Source: Eledone cirrhosa
Lineage: Eukaryota
Assembly: GCA_964016885.1 (NCBI GenBank)
Contig: OZ024752.1
Span: forward strand, 9,176,001 to 9,240,000
Direction: 5' to 3'
Length of the DNA stretch: 64,000 bases
In this document: piece by piece, positions 51,304 through 64,000 of the stretch
Numbering within the stretch: position 1 is the first letter of the stretch
Layout of the letters: the number at the start of each line of letters is the position of its first letter
Position numbers and translations under genes: made by a program
The notes under the pieces: model-generated
Databases searched by the model: none
The model's input: only the letters and a program-made list of their open reading frames with translations
What the model was told of the DNA's origin: nothing

Positions 51304-51906
51304 TTTAGTTGTTGATTGTCTTGAAAGCTCTTTTGTCACACATTCTGTAACTGCTTTTGTTATTTTGCATCTCTCCTTTGATCTGTCTTACACCATCTTG
51401 TTTTTGAGAGCTGTGTACTTGGGCTGTGCATGCATTATATCCGGGTTTGTGTGTGAGTGAGTGTTTTTTAATAGTTTTAAAAATATATTTATTTGTTTAT
51501 TTATATGTTTATCTATTTATTTATTTTCTCTCTGTCCTACTTCTTACTAGTTGGTTACTTGTTCTATTTGTGGGTGTCTGGTTTATGTTGGTTTAGTTTT
51601 GGTGTGCCTCTGTATGTTTTTATATTATCATTAGTTACTCAATTGTGAGGTTGTTGCTATTCCATTCATGTTTTTAATTTAGTTTTGGTCAGAGTTCGTT
51701 CATGTTTGTCACTCCCATAATCTGTTTGAGCATTGTGTTTGTTCTGTGTGTGGATATCAGTTTTATCTCGATGTTCTCTAGTGAGCCCCATCTTCTATTC
51801 TGGCATGTTGGTGGAGTACTGATGAGTTTTTCTCATCTTGAAGTTCACACCAGTGTTCATTTCACATTTCTTCTATGCTCCAGGCTCACCTATGTATGCC
51901 ATGTTC

Positions 51907-51982
51907 CTATTCCTGACGATGTCACTAAGGTCTTACATCATGATCGGATGATGTAATGTGACCATTGAAATATGTATAGTGC
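51907..51982 (+). ncRNA. Degenerate hammerhead-like motif
   Basis: CTGACGA, long stem II (gtcac..ttacatcat/atgatgtaa..gtgac), GAAA-TATGTA-TA; stem I is weak. Confidence 0.4.
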
Positions 51983-52669
51983 TTTTTGCAACATTAAAAT
52001 TTTAAAAGGATATTTCAAGTCCGGCCTTCTGTTGTTTTAAATAAATATTTTACTCTGTTCCTGAACCAGCCATGGCATTTAACATCTATGATAGATGAGT
52101 TACATAACGTAGAGTGCTTTTCTTCATGGTTTACTAACCAGAATGACCTATTTGACCAATTGGTAAACTATACAACACAAATGGAATACAGCTCCTGTTG
52201 CAGTCGAGTGCTTTGTGATGTAATGCGGAACCAAATGCCCTGACCGCAATATTGGAGGAACTACCACTCCAGGCCAAGGTAACTTACTAAAACTAAGTCT
52301 ATCTCAAAGTCTGGACATGACTATATATGGCTACATCCACCCATATGGATCAACAAAATATTTGACGGGCTCTCAAAATTGTTTGATGCACCTGCATGAT
52401 CCTTTCTGATTCAATTCGACTTTATATATCTTGTGCTGAATTTTTACCTTTATATATTAGTTTTATCAGGTATTTATATTGGATGCTGGCTCTTACATTT
52501 TATAACCTACATTACATGATTTTTATTTTATTTTATTCTATTTTGTTGTATTTGATTTTAATTTTTATCATATTTATTATATTTTATATTTGAAATATAC
52601 ATTGTGTACACCTTACCCTACAACTTACTAGTCATTTCATACTTCATGTGGGATATAAATTTCTAATAC

Positions 52670-53696
52670 CAGTCCACACTGTAAAGTGGTCATGTAGGAG
52701 TCAGGACAAAAAGCACCAAGCGCACACTGTAAAGTGGTCGTGTAGCTGTCAGGACAAAAAGCACCCAGCCCACACTGTAAAGTAGTTGTGTAGGTGTCAG
52801 GACAAAAAGCACCCAGCCCACACTGTAAAGTGGTCATGTAGGTGTCAGGACAAAAAGCACCCAGCCCACACTGTAAAGTGGTCATGTAGGTGTCACGACA
52901 AAAAGCACCCAACTCCCACTGTAAAGTGGTCATGTAGGTGTCAGGACAAAAAGCACCCAGCCCACACTGTAAAGTGGTCATGTAGGTGTCAGGACAAAAA
53001 GCACCCAGCCCACACTGTAAAGTGGTCATGTAGGTGTCAGGACAAAAAACACCCAGCCCACACTGTAAAGTGGTCATGTAGGTGTCAGGACAAAAAGCAC
53101 CCAGCCCACACTGTAAAGTGGTCGTGTAGGTGTCACGACAAAAAACACCCAGCCCACACTGTAAAGTGGTCATGTAGGTGTCAGGACAAAAAGCACCCAG
53201 TCTACACTGTAAAGTGGTCATGTAGGTGTCAGGACAAAAAGCACCCAGCCCACACTGTAAAGTGGTCATGTAGGTGTCATGACAAAAAGCACCCAGTCCA
53301 CACTGTAAAGTGGTCATGTAGGTGTCAGGACAAAAAGCACCCAGCCCACACTGTAAAGAGGTAGTGTAGGTGTCAGGACAAAAAGCACCCAGCCCACACT
53401 ATAAAGTGGTCGTGTAGGTGCCACGACAAAAAGCACCCAACTCACACTGTAAAGAGGTCGTGTAGGTATCATGGCAAAAAAGCACCCAGCCCACACTGTA
53501 AAGAGGTCGTGTAGGTATCATGGCTAAAAAGCACCCAACATACACTGTAAATGTGGTTGGCGTTAGAAAGGGCATGCAGCCATAGAAAACCAGCCAGAAG
53601 CAGTCCTATATGAGCAACCCAACTTGCCTCTGATGGAACAAAACAGTCTAACCCATGCTAGCATGGAAAATATATGTTAAATGATGATGATGATGA
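52670..53696 (+). mobile_element. RTE 3'-UTR/SINE-like tail with 48-bp motif expanded about 18 times
   Basis: Tandem cacactgtaaagtggtcatgtaggtgtcaggacaaaaagcacccagcc, then the RTE tail tggttggcgttag...aacccatgctagcatgg...(GAT)n. Confidence 0.85.
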
Positions 53697-54163
53697 ATAC
53701 CATGTCTCAGTAGGGTATCCAATCCAATAGTTTCAATTTGATATTAATTATCAAAAATTTTTTTTTATATTACTTAAAAAATGTAAAATAGATGTTTATT
53801 GTCAATACATGTGTTTCACTCCCAAAGTTGGCTTAAACATCATTGATACGTAAATATGAAAATAATAGATAAAAACAAAATAAAAAAATGAGAAAAAGTG
53901 GAAGAGGTAAAGAAGGGCAGATGTGGCTGTATGGGAATGTAGCAGAAAGGACTCTAAATGCCATAAATGAAAGGAAAAGCATGGTAAAAGCAAGAACTCT
54001 TGGGTCACAGAAGAAAGGGAGGGAGAAAAGGAGAGGGTGATGGGCTCTGAGCTTAGGGCACAGTTTGGGCTGCACCCTGTGGACTCACTATCTCTTTTAC
54101 TTCTTTACTATTAAATAATTAAATATTTATTTATCCTTCCCCTACAATTTACTTACCCCTTAA

Positions 54164-54384
54164 CCCTTTAGCATTTAAACCGGCCGTATCTAGCCAGAAC
54201 ATTCTCACCTCTTTCTGTTCAGACTGGCTGTAAATGACAGCTCATACCTACATTAAGGATTTGTTCTCAAAATAAATAACATCAAAATCTTGTGGATTTG
54301 ATATTACAGGAGATAATTATGTAAGATAAAGCCTTTACTGCGAAAATACAATAGTAAATATAGAATAATGTAAATGCTAAAGGG
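54164..54384. mobile_element. piggyBac-like MITE (same family as 49879-50097, opposite orientation)
   Basis: TTAA-CCCTTTAGCATTTA ... TAAATGCTAAAGGG. Confidence 0.7.
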
Positions 54385-54694
54385 TGAACATTTAATATAG
54401 TTCTTCTGAATTATAATAATTACGCGAGGTACATACTTACTACATATTGTAAATTTTACTCTTACTCGACATCTTATTTTTTTATAATTTTATATTTTCC
54501 CTATGTATCATATTTTATCTTATAGTATATCATTTTATAGTTATTTGATACTCCATATGTAATCTGATATTAAGCAACCCATTCAACTTAACATTAGCGA
54601 CTCACTTAATTTAATTTATCTTCAATTTTACCTTCAGCTGTGTACATGCATTTTTTTATCTACACTATGTAATTTTATCACCATTATCATTCAA

Positions 54695-55095
54695 TATCGG
54701 TAGGACGTCAGACGCCATGCTTTGCAGCATAGTTATGGCCCTTTACGTTCTGAGGTGAAATCTCACTGAGGTTAACTTTGCCTTTCATCCTTAGAGGGTC
54801 GATAAAATAAAGCACCAGTAATGCACTGGGGTCCATTTAATTAAACGCCCCCCCCCCCGCATTGCTGACCTTGTACCTAGAGTAGAAATCATTATAATTA
54901 CTTTGCGGTGGATTGGCAGTATCGGTAGAGGGTCGGACGCCATGCTTTGTAGCACAGTTACATCCCTTTACGAACTGAGTTCAAATCCCGCCGAGGTTAA
55001 CTTTACTTTTCATCCTTACAGGGTCGATAAAATAAAGTACCAGTAATACACTGGGATAATTGCTGGCCTTGTGCCAAAAGTAGAAACAATTATAA
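54695..55095 (+). mobile_element. Two tandem tRNA-derived SINEs
   Basis: TGGCAGTATCGGTAGAG, GAGTTCAAATCC and ctttcatcct..gggtcgataaaataaagtaccagt motifs. Confidence 0.75.
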
Positions 55096-55319
55096 TTACT
55101 TTGTAATATTTATATTCATATTTCTTCTTAATTTATTGCGGTGGATTGGCAGTATTGGTAGAGGCATCAGGAGTAAACCCCGAGGATAAATCCAGCTGCT
55201 GAAGAACTGTGCAGAGCCATTTATAGCTTGCCTGCTGGAAAGGCACCAGGAATGGAAGGCATCCTCTCAGAGGTCATCAGGTGTGCAAAGGGAGTGCTAC
55301 TTAGCGGGAGAGTTGGATG

Positions 55320-56230
55320 AGCAGCCTCCACATATGCCAGGCTGACGAAGAAGAGTCTGAGAGAACAGAAAACTAACTACAAACACCAAGATTACTGTCT
55401 ACAAGGCGTGTGTCCTCAGCACACTACCTTATAACAGTGAGACATGAAGCCTCTACACCTGACATGATTGGTGTCTCAATGTCTTACACCTTTGTAGCCT
55501 GAGACACATTCTGGATATCAAGTAGACTGACCGGGTCATGAACATTGAGGTCCTCAACTACGCCAAGATACTCAGCATATACACCCTGCTCCAACAGTGC
55601 CTTCTGCACTGGCTCGATCATGTGCATTACATGCTGGACAGGAGGATCCCCAAACACCTACCATTTGGGGAACTGGCCACTGGCACAAGAACAAGAGAAC
55701 GACTTCATTTTCGCTTCAAAGACATCTACAGGAGGGATATGAAGTTGATAGAACTGGACACCCAGAGATGGGAGGAAGTCGCTAGTGACACCTACAGGAG
55801 GGATATGAAGTTGATAGAACTGGACACCCAGAGATGGGAGGAAGTCGCTAGTGACACCTACAGGAGGGATATGAAGTTGATAGATCTAGACACCCAGAGA
55901 TGGGAGGAAGTCACTAGTGACATCTACAGGAGGGATATGAAGTTGATAGAACTGGACACCCAGAGATGGGAGGAAGTGGATAGTGACATCTACAGGAGAG
56001 ATATGAAGTTGATAGAACTGGACACCCAGAGATGGGAGGAAGTCGCTAGTGACATCTACAGGAGAGATATGAAGTTGATAGAACTGGACACCCAGAGATG
56101 GGAGGAAGTCGATAGTGATCGGCCACAATGGAGACGAGTACTACACAAAGGGGTGGAGTGAGAGGAGGAGAAATTGAAACTTGCCTCCGAAGAAAAGCTT
56201 GCTCGAAAAAAGAACACAGTTGCACCAGAA
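55320..56230 (+). mobile_element. RTE/BovB-like LINE 3' fragment with an internal 63-bp tandem repeat
   Basis: TKITVYKACVLSTL, WLDHVHYMLDRRIPK, RFKD, then (YRRDMKLIELDTQRWEEVASD) about six times. Confidence 0.8.
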
Positions 56231-56679
56231 GAGAGCAGCCTCTAGCCTGCCAAATCTCTGTCCTTGATAACCTGTCCTTCCCATACCAACATTGAAAGCA
56301 GACGTAAAATGACAATGTCTGCTTATGTCTAACGAAACCATTGGTAACGTATGAATAAATCAAATTGTTAATACAAATGTGAGTGTGTGTGTGTTTGTGT
56401 ATACATATATAGGAATATATACAAAAAGAAAAGAGAGAATATAAAACAAGATCAAAACAAAATGAAGACACAGGGTAAGAAGAAAAGCCACTGAGAAGGT
56501 CACAAGACGTGGATTAGGTAGATAATAAAACTGAAGTGAAACTAAACAGGTACGTGTGTTATATTGACAGCATGGCCCTCCCAAAGTATCGCTATATATA
56601 TATATACACATACGTACATATATACATACATATTGGCAAAATGACTCTCCCAAAGTATAACTATATATACACACACATC

Positions 56680-56870
56680 TGTACATCCAGCCTGTAGCTT
56701 TCGAGACGTTAGGGGGAGTCGGGCCGCTGACTACGAGTTTCCTCTCTTCACTGGCGGCTCGCCTAATAGAGGTAACTGGCGAATCTCGCGAGGGCGCTTG
56801 GCTGTTTCAGCGCATTAGCCTCGCCATCACCCGAGGCAACGCTGCTAGTGTGCTGGCTTGCCTAAAAAAT
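56680..56870 (+). mobile_element. CRE-like (restriction-like endonuclease) retrotransposon C-terminal fragment
   Basis: Translates QPVAFETLGGVGP..FLSSLAARLIEVTGESREGAWLFQRISLAITRGNAASVL. Confidence 0.7.
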
Positions 56871-57099
56871 CATTAGAGAGGTTGCCCAGTACTCCTAGCG
56901 ACGCTGCTGTCTTTTGCTCTGGTGTTGGCTCCGTTGTTCACCCCTTCCTTTACATTAAAGGAATATATCCTTCTGAAAGGATCGCGAGCAATTTATGTCA
57001 TTTAAGCATTTGTAAGGTTATTTATATATATATATTTAAAACATATTTGTTATGTTATTCTACTCTAAATTTATTTATATGCTTTGTATATATCATATG

Positions 57100-57345
57100 T
57101 AAACATACATATTGGCCAAATGACTCTCCCAAAGTATAACTATATATACACATATGCGTACATATATACATACCTATTGGCAAAATGACTCTCCCAAAGT
57201 ATAACTATATATACACATATACGTACATATATACATACCTATTGGCAAAATGACTCTCCGAAAGTATAACTATATATACACATATGCGTACATATATACA
57301 TACCTATTGGCAAAATGACTCTCCCAAAGTATAACTATATACACA
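57100..57345. repeat. 65-bp tandem repeat (~4 units)
   Basis: attggcaaaatgactctcccaaagtataactatatatacac...; single copies near 56565, 56632 and 63074. Confidence 0.8.
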
Positions 57346-57994
57346 CCCATACAAACACAATAATTTTCATTATTATCATAATATATACATGTTATGGTAT
57401 GCTTCCGTAACTCTTGATGGAGTCGTAGGGGTGCCGTAGTGACATACGGCTTTTCTTGGGCATCTTAAGCCTGGCGGAGACCTTCCCTCTCCAGGAATAC
57501 ATACATACGTACATACATACATAGGTATTTATATACATACACACAGTGTGTATATATATATCCTTTTATGCTTTCGTGTGGAACGAGTTTATGGAAGTAC
57601 GTAAGAGTACTTCAGAGAAATATGAATTTAAACTTTTCAAGCTAGACATTAAAAATCACAAATAAAGTTAACCTTTCTTGAATTTAAGTTTTACGACAAT
57701 ATTAAACAATGTTTACTCACCATTAACAACAAGCTTACATTTGTGTTATATGTGTAAATGCGGATGTAAAACTGTTCAAAACTTAAGTACTTTAGTTGGT
57801 TTATCTACTGATATAAATAATATAAGTGTCAGTCACAGACAGACACACCTATAATGGCGGGGAAGATTAGAAACCGAATCTGAGCTTTCCCGCCTCTGGG
57901 ACAAGCCGTGGTAACTTGTTTACGATCAGGAGACTAACCCCTTGGGAGAGGCTAAACACAGGTCAGAGGTGTTTATGCCTGACAGAAAATAGGT

Positions 57995-58132
57995 CAGACG
58001 TAGCTCGACCACTATTCAACGCTTGCCCTGTAAAACATGATGTCACACACCACATAAAAAACCACGGTCCACCTGTCGCTGTACGACCTAGAAGGCTACC
58101 ACCAGACCGGCTGAAGTCCGTCAAACAAGAAT
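57995..58132 (+). mobile_element. Short Gypsy pol fragment
   Basis: [35 protein letters not shown], the pre-RT linker motif. Confidence 0.65.
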
Positions 58133-58173
58133 TATATATACATATATATATATATATATACATATATATATAC

Positions 58174-58204
<31 letters not shown>

Positions 58205-58293
58205 CATATATATATACATATACATATATATATACATATACATATATATATACATATATATACATATATATATACATATATATATATACATAC

Positions 58294-58324
<31 letters not shown>

Positions 58325-58672
58325 CATATATATATACATATACATATATATATACATATACATATATATATACATATATATACATATATATATACATATA
58401 TATACATATATATATATACATATACATATATATATATACATATATATACATACACATATATATATACATATACATATATATATATATATACATATATATA
58501 CATATATATATATAAATATATATATATACATATATATACATATATATATACATATATATACATATATATATATAAATATATATATATACATATATATACA
58601 TATATATATATGTATATGTATGTATATGTATATATATATATATATGTATATATATGTATACATATACATATA

Positions 58673-58706
<34 letters not shown>

Positions 58707-59249
58707 CACATATATATACATATATATATATACATACATATATATACATATATATATACATACATATATATACATATATATATACATACATATATACATA
58801 CATATATATACATATATATATACATACATATATATACATATATATATACATATACATATATATATACATATACATATATATACATATATATATACATATA
58901 CATATATATATACATATACATATATATATATACATATATATACATATATATACATATATATATATACATATATATATACATATACATATATATATACATA
59001 TACATATATATACATATATATATACATATACATATATATATACATATATATATACATATACATATATATATATATACATATATATACATATATATATACA
59101 TATATATACATATATATATACATATATATATATATACATATATATACATATATATATACATATATATATATATACATATATATACATATATATATATGTA
59201 TATGTATATATATGTATATATATATATATATATGTATATATATGTATAC

Positions 59250-59348
<99 letters not shown>

Positions 59349-59365
59349 CACATATATATACATAT
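58133..59365. repeat. Long (TA/TACA)n microsatellite
   Basis: Low complexity. Confidence 0.97.
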
Positions 59366-59405
59366 ATAATATAAGATCAAAAGATGGTTAAAGGAGTTCA
59401 ATATA

Positions 59406-59472
59406 TTTTATTATGCGCATTTCAAAAACAAACATCATCAAACAATAATATTTGTGTTTTCATCAGATAAAA
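59406..59472 (-). ncRNA. Type I hammerhead ribozyme (mirror copy)
   Basis: Reverse complement of 62080-62146. Confidence 0.85.
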
Positions 59473-62079
59473 CAGGAGAACATGATATGAAGGCTAAAAA
59501 AACACTTGTTGATAGTGCAGTTTTAAATCAACATATGAAAAGTGGTTTTAGATTGATGTGTGATATTGGGAAAAATATTTTATTTAGAGAGGGGGGGAGA
59601 GAAAAGGATGAAAAGGGAAGGAGATGAGAGGGAGAGATGGGTGATAGAGAGAAAGAGATAGTTTTTATAACAGAGAGGAGATATATTTTATATAGAGGGG
59701 TTGAAAACCGTTGGAAGATACTGTATAAATTAAAAATTTTGAAAATTAACGAAGGGAGGATATGTGCGAGGAAAAAATATATTATATTTAGGGAGGGGTG
59801 GGGGTGGAAAGGATGAAAAAAAGGGGAGGAGATGAGAGTGAAGGTGGAAAGGGAGAGATGGGTGATAGAGAGAAAGAGATAGTTTTTATAACTGAGAAAA
59901 AGATATAATGTTTTAATATAGAGAGGTTGGGAACCGTTGGAAGATAATGTATAAATTAAAGGAATTTGAAAATTAACGAAGGGAAATTATGTATGGAGAT
60001 AGAGAGAAAAAAATAACGAAGGGAGATTATGTATGGAGATAGAGAGAAAAAAAATAATAATTGTGGGTGAATATTCAAAAGGAGAAATGTAGGAATTTTA
60101 AAATTAGCAAAGAGAAAAAGTTTATGTATAGGATTTGAGAAAAATAATGTGAAGTTAAAGTTTTTATATTGAATTCATATGTATTAATAATGAGTTCGTT
60201 GATGGGGAGAAAAAAATAATAATAAATTAAGGATGAAATTGAGATTAAAAAGATTTATGATAGAGAGAAAAAATAATAATGATTGCGGATGAATACTCAA
60301 AATGTCAAAAACAAATGTTATTGTTTTACGAGGAGATATAATGAGGGTGATGAGTAAACGGGTATTATAGAGTGTATAATGCCCTTTAAAGTAAGGTAGA
60401 TGGGTATATTTTAAAGAATATATGAGTATATATTAAAAAAAATATATAATAATAAATTAAGGATGAAATTGAGATTAAAAAGATTTATGATAGAGGGAAA
60501 AAAAAATAATAATGATTGCGGATGAATATTCAAAATGTCAAAAACAAATGTTATTGTTTTACGAGAAGATAGGATGAGGTAAATGAGTAAACGAGTACTA
60601 TAGAGTGTATAATGCCCTTTAAAGTAAGGTAGATGGGTATATTTTAAAGAGGTGTATGTATATGTGCCTTTGAGAAAAGATTCTAAATTGATAAAGAATT
60701 GAATATTAACTGTATACTTTGTGAAAAGTTCTATGGAATTTATGCAGGCAGATGGAAAACAAATCCGAGCGTCTATTTATTATGGATTCTAGGTTAGAGA
60801 TAATGGTAAATTTTTCATTTAGGCAGAGATTACAGATTTTAGATAGAGAACTGTTCAAGTACGAGGATGCAGAAGAAATCTTTTGGAAAAAGATTTCTTC
60901 TGCATCCTCGTACTTGAACAGTTCTCTATCTAAATTCTGTAATCTCTGCCTAAATGAAAAATTTACCATTATCTCTAACCTAGAATCCATAATAAATAGA
61001 CGCTCGGATTTGTTTTCCATCTGCCTGCATAAATTCCATAGAACTTTTCACAAAGTATACAGTTAATATTCAATTCTTTATCAATTTAGAATCTTTTCTC
61101 AAAGGCACATATACATACACCTCTTTAAAATATACCCATCTACCTTACTTTAAAGGGCATTATACACTCTATAGTACTCGTTTACTCATTTACCTCATCC
61201 TATCTTCTCGTAAAACAATAACATTTGTTTTTTGACATTTTGAATATTCATCCGCAATCATTATTATTTTTTTTCCCTCTATCATAAATCTTTTTAATCT
61301 CAATTTCATCCTTAATTTATTATTATATATTTTTTTTAATATATACTCATATATTCTTTAAAATATACCCATCTACCTTACTTTAAAGGGCATTATACAC
61401 TCTATAATACCCGTTTACTCATCACCCTCATTATATCTCCTCGTAAAACAATAACATTTGTTTTTGACATTTTGAGTATTCATCCGCAATCATTATTATT
61501 TTTTCTCTCTATCATAAATCTTTTTAATCTCAATTTCATCCTTAATTTATTATTATTTTTTTCTCCCCATCAACGAACTCATTATTAATACATATGAATT
61601 CAATATAAAAACTTTAACTTCACATTATTTTTCTCAAATCCTATACATAAACTTTTTCTCTTTGCTAATTTTAAAATTCCTACATTTCTCCTTTTGAATA
61701 TTCACCCACAATTATTATTTTTTTTCTCTCTATCTCCATACATAATCTCCCTTCGTTATTTTTTTCTCTCTATCTCCATACATAATTTCCCTTCGTTAAT
61801 TTTCAAATTCCTTTAATTTATACATTATCTTCCAACGGTTCCCAACCTCTCTATATTAAAACATTATATCTTTTTCTCAGTTATAAAAACTATCTCTTTC
61901 TCTCTATCACCCATCTCTCCCTCTCATCTCCTTCCCTTTTCATCCTTTTCTCTCCCCCCCCTCTCTAAATAAAATATTTTTCCCAATATCACACATCAAT
62001 CTAAAACCACTTTTCATATGTTGATTTAAAACTGCACTATCAACAAGTGTTTTTTTAGCCTTCATATCATGTTCTCCTG

Positions 62080-62146
62080 TTTTATCTGATGAAAACACAA
62101 ATATTATTGTTTGATGATGTTTGTTTTTGAAATGCGCATAATAAAA
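62080..62146 (+). ncRNA. Type I hammerhead ribozyme
   Basis: TTTTAT-CTGATGA-stem II (acaaatattatt/gatgatgtttgt)-GAAA-TGCGCA-TA-ATAAAA. Perfect 6-bp stem I and palindromic stem III. Confidence 0.85.
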
Positions 62147-62269
62147 TATATTGAACTCCTTTAACCATCTTTTGATCTTATATTATGCATACTCCAGTCC
62201 AACAAACTGTAGAGTGCTTCTTATCCGATATCTGCATTGCTTTATTGTACTACAATAAAACTCACCTCC

Positions 62270-62412
62270 TACATATACATATATATATATATACATATAT
62301 ATACATATATATATACATACATATATATACATATATATATACATACATATATATACATATATATATACATACATATATATACATATATATATATATACAT
62401 ACATATATATAC

Positions 62413-62503
<91 letters not shown>

Positions 62504-62576
62504 TATACATATATACATATATATACATATATATATTCATATATATATACATATCTATATATATATATACATATAT
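62270..62576. repeat. (TA/TACA)n microsatellite
   Basis: Low complexity. Confidence 0.95.
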
Positions 62577-63104
62577 TAGAATTGGAGCTCTGAAATAGCA
62601 ATATATATATGGATGTATATATAATGTATTTTGCAATACACTTTATGCTTAATTAAAAGCATTTTGAAGACCGTAAGCTATTGTTTTAAAGTAGTGACAA
62701 ATTCATTCACTTTGATCTCAGCAAACAGGGGAGATAAGCCGACAAGACTTGTTTCGCTTTGGTTGAAGCTTATCAAGGCCAACTACCCCACCTGTCTACT
62801 GAGATCATATATGGATGTGGCGCATGCGCAGACTGAGCACACAACACACACACAGAAACAAAATGGCGTAGGACAGAACAATGAGAGGCACAGAAAAAAA
62901 GAAAGGAATACCCAGTCACTGAAGAGGTCACAGAGTGTGTGACGAAAGAACTATGACAATATATAAACAACTATCTGGTTGTGGAACCAACCAACCAACC
63001 AGAAATTTATAAATTTATAAATTTATAGATATATAATAAATTGAAATGAAAGCAACTGGTGCGTGTGTTTCTTATTGGCAACATGACCCTCCCAAAGTAT
63101 AACA

Positions 63105-64000
<896 letters not shown>

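Larger units (their letters stand above)
59366..62186. mobile_element. 2.8-kb palindrome: head-to-head Penelope-like 3' ends
   Basis: Arms are reverse complements around a 3-nt loop at about 60885-60887. Each arm encodes CNLCLNEKFTII...INRRSDLFSICLH (PLE GIY-YIG C-terminus) and ends in a hammerhead. Confidence 0.85.

Noticed and set aside
52637-53364. Cys-rich repetitive ORFs on both strands
   Set aside because: Product of a 48-bp (multiple of 3) TE-derived minisatellite.
56325-56360. Hammerhead-like CTAACGA-acca/tggt-AA-CGTATG
   Set aside because: Both catalytic core boxes are mutated; not supportable.
57963-59401. Long Y/I/M/C/V-rich ORFs (also at 2.9-3.5, 23.5, 34.8 and 62-64 kb)
   Set aside because: Translations of TA/CA microsatellites that lack stop codons.
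60706-61066. Two near-identical 104-aa ORFs on opposite strands
   Set aside because: Artefact of reading across the palindrome centre; only the C-terminal half is real PLE coding remnant.
62820-62830. NRF1-like GCGCATGCGC motif
   Set aside because: Single short motif with no supporting promoter or exon evidence.

Overview
This is eukaryotic, AT-rich, repeat-dense DNA. The (TA/TACA)n microsatellites, RTE LINEs with (GAT)n tails and abundant tRNA-derived SINEs suggest a cephalopod such as Octopus (inference). The only host gene I can support lies on the minus strand. It has a signal-peptide exon (46589-46655) followed by a tandemly repeated cassette of two phase-1/phase-1 Ig-like exons: 'B' (279 nt) at 27014-27292 and 6574-6852, probably a third in the N-gap, and 'A' (312 nt) at 35469-35780, 23899-24210 and 3520-3831. 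Introns of the repeated units are nearly identical. The A exons differ almost only by amino-acid-changing substitutions, clustered in the predicted CDR-like loops and arranged in a mosaic pattern. This suggests a diversifying Ig-superfamily recognition gene. The rest of the window is an intact 1077-aa RTE LINE, stacks of decayed or chimeric RTEs, a Gypsy element inside a 58-bp minisatellite with a 1202-bp higher-order repeat, Penelope-like remnants with minimal hammerhead ribozymes (two as long palindromes), SINEs, MITEs and TE-derived minisatellites. All comparisons were made by eye.
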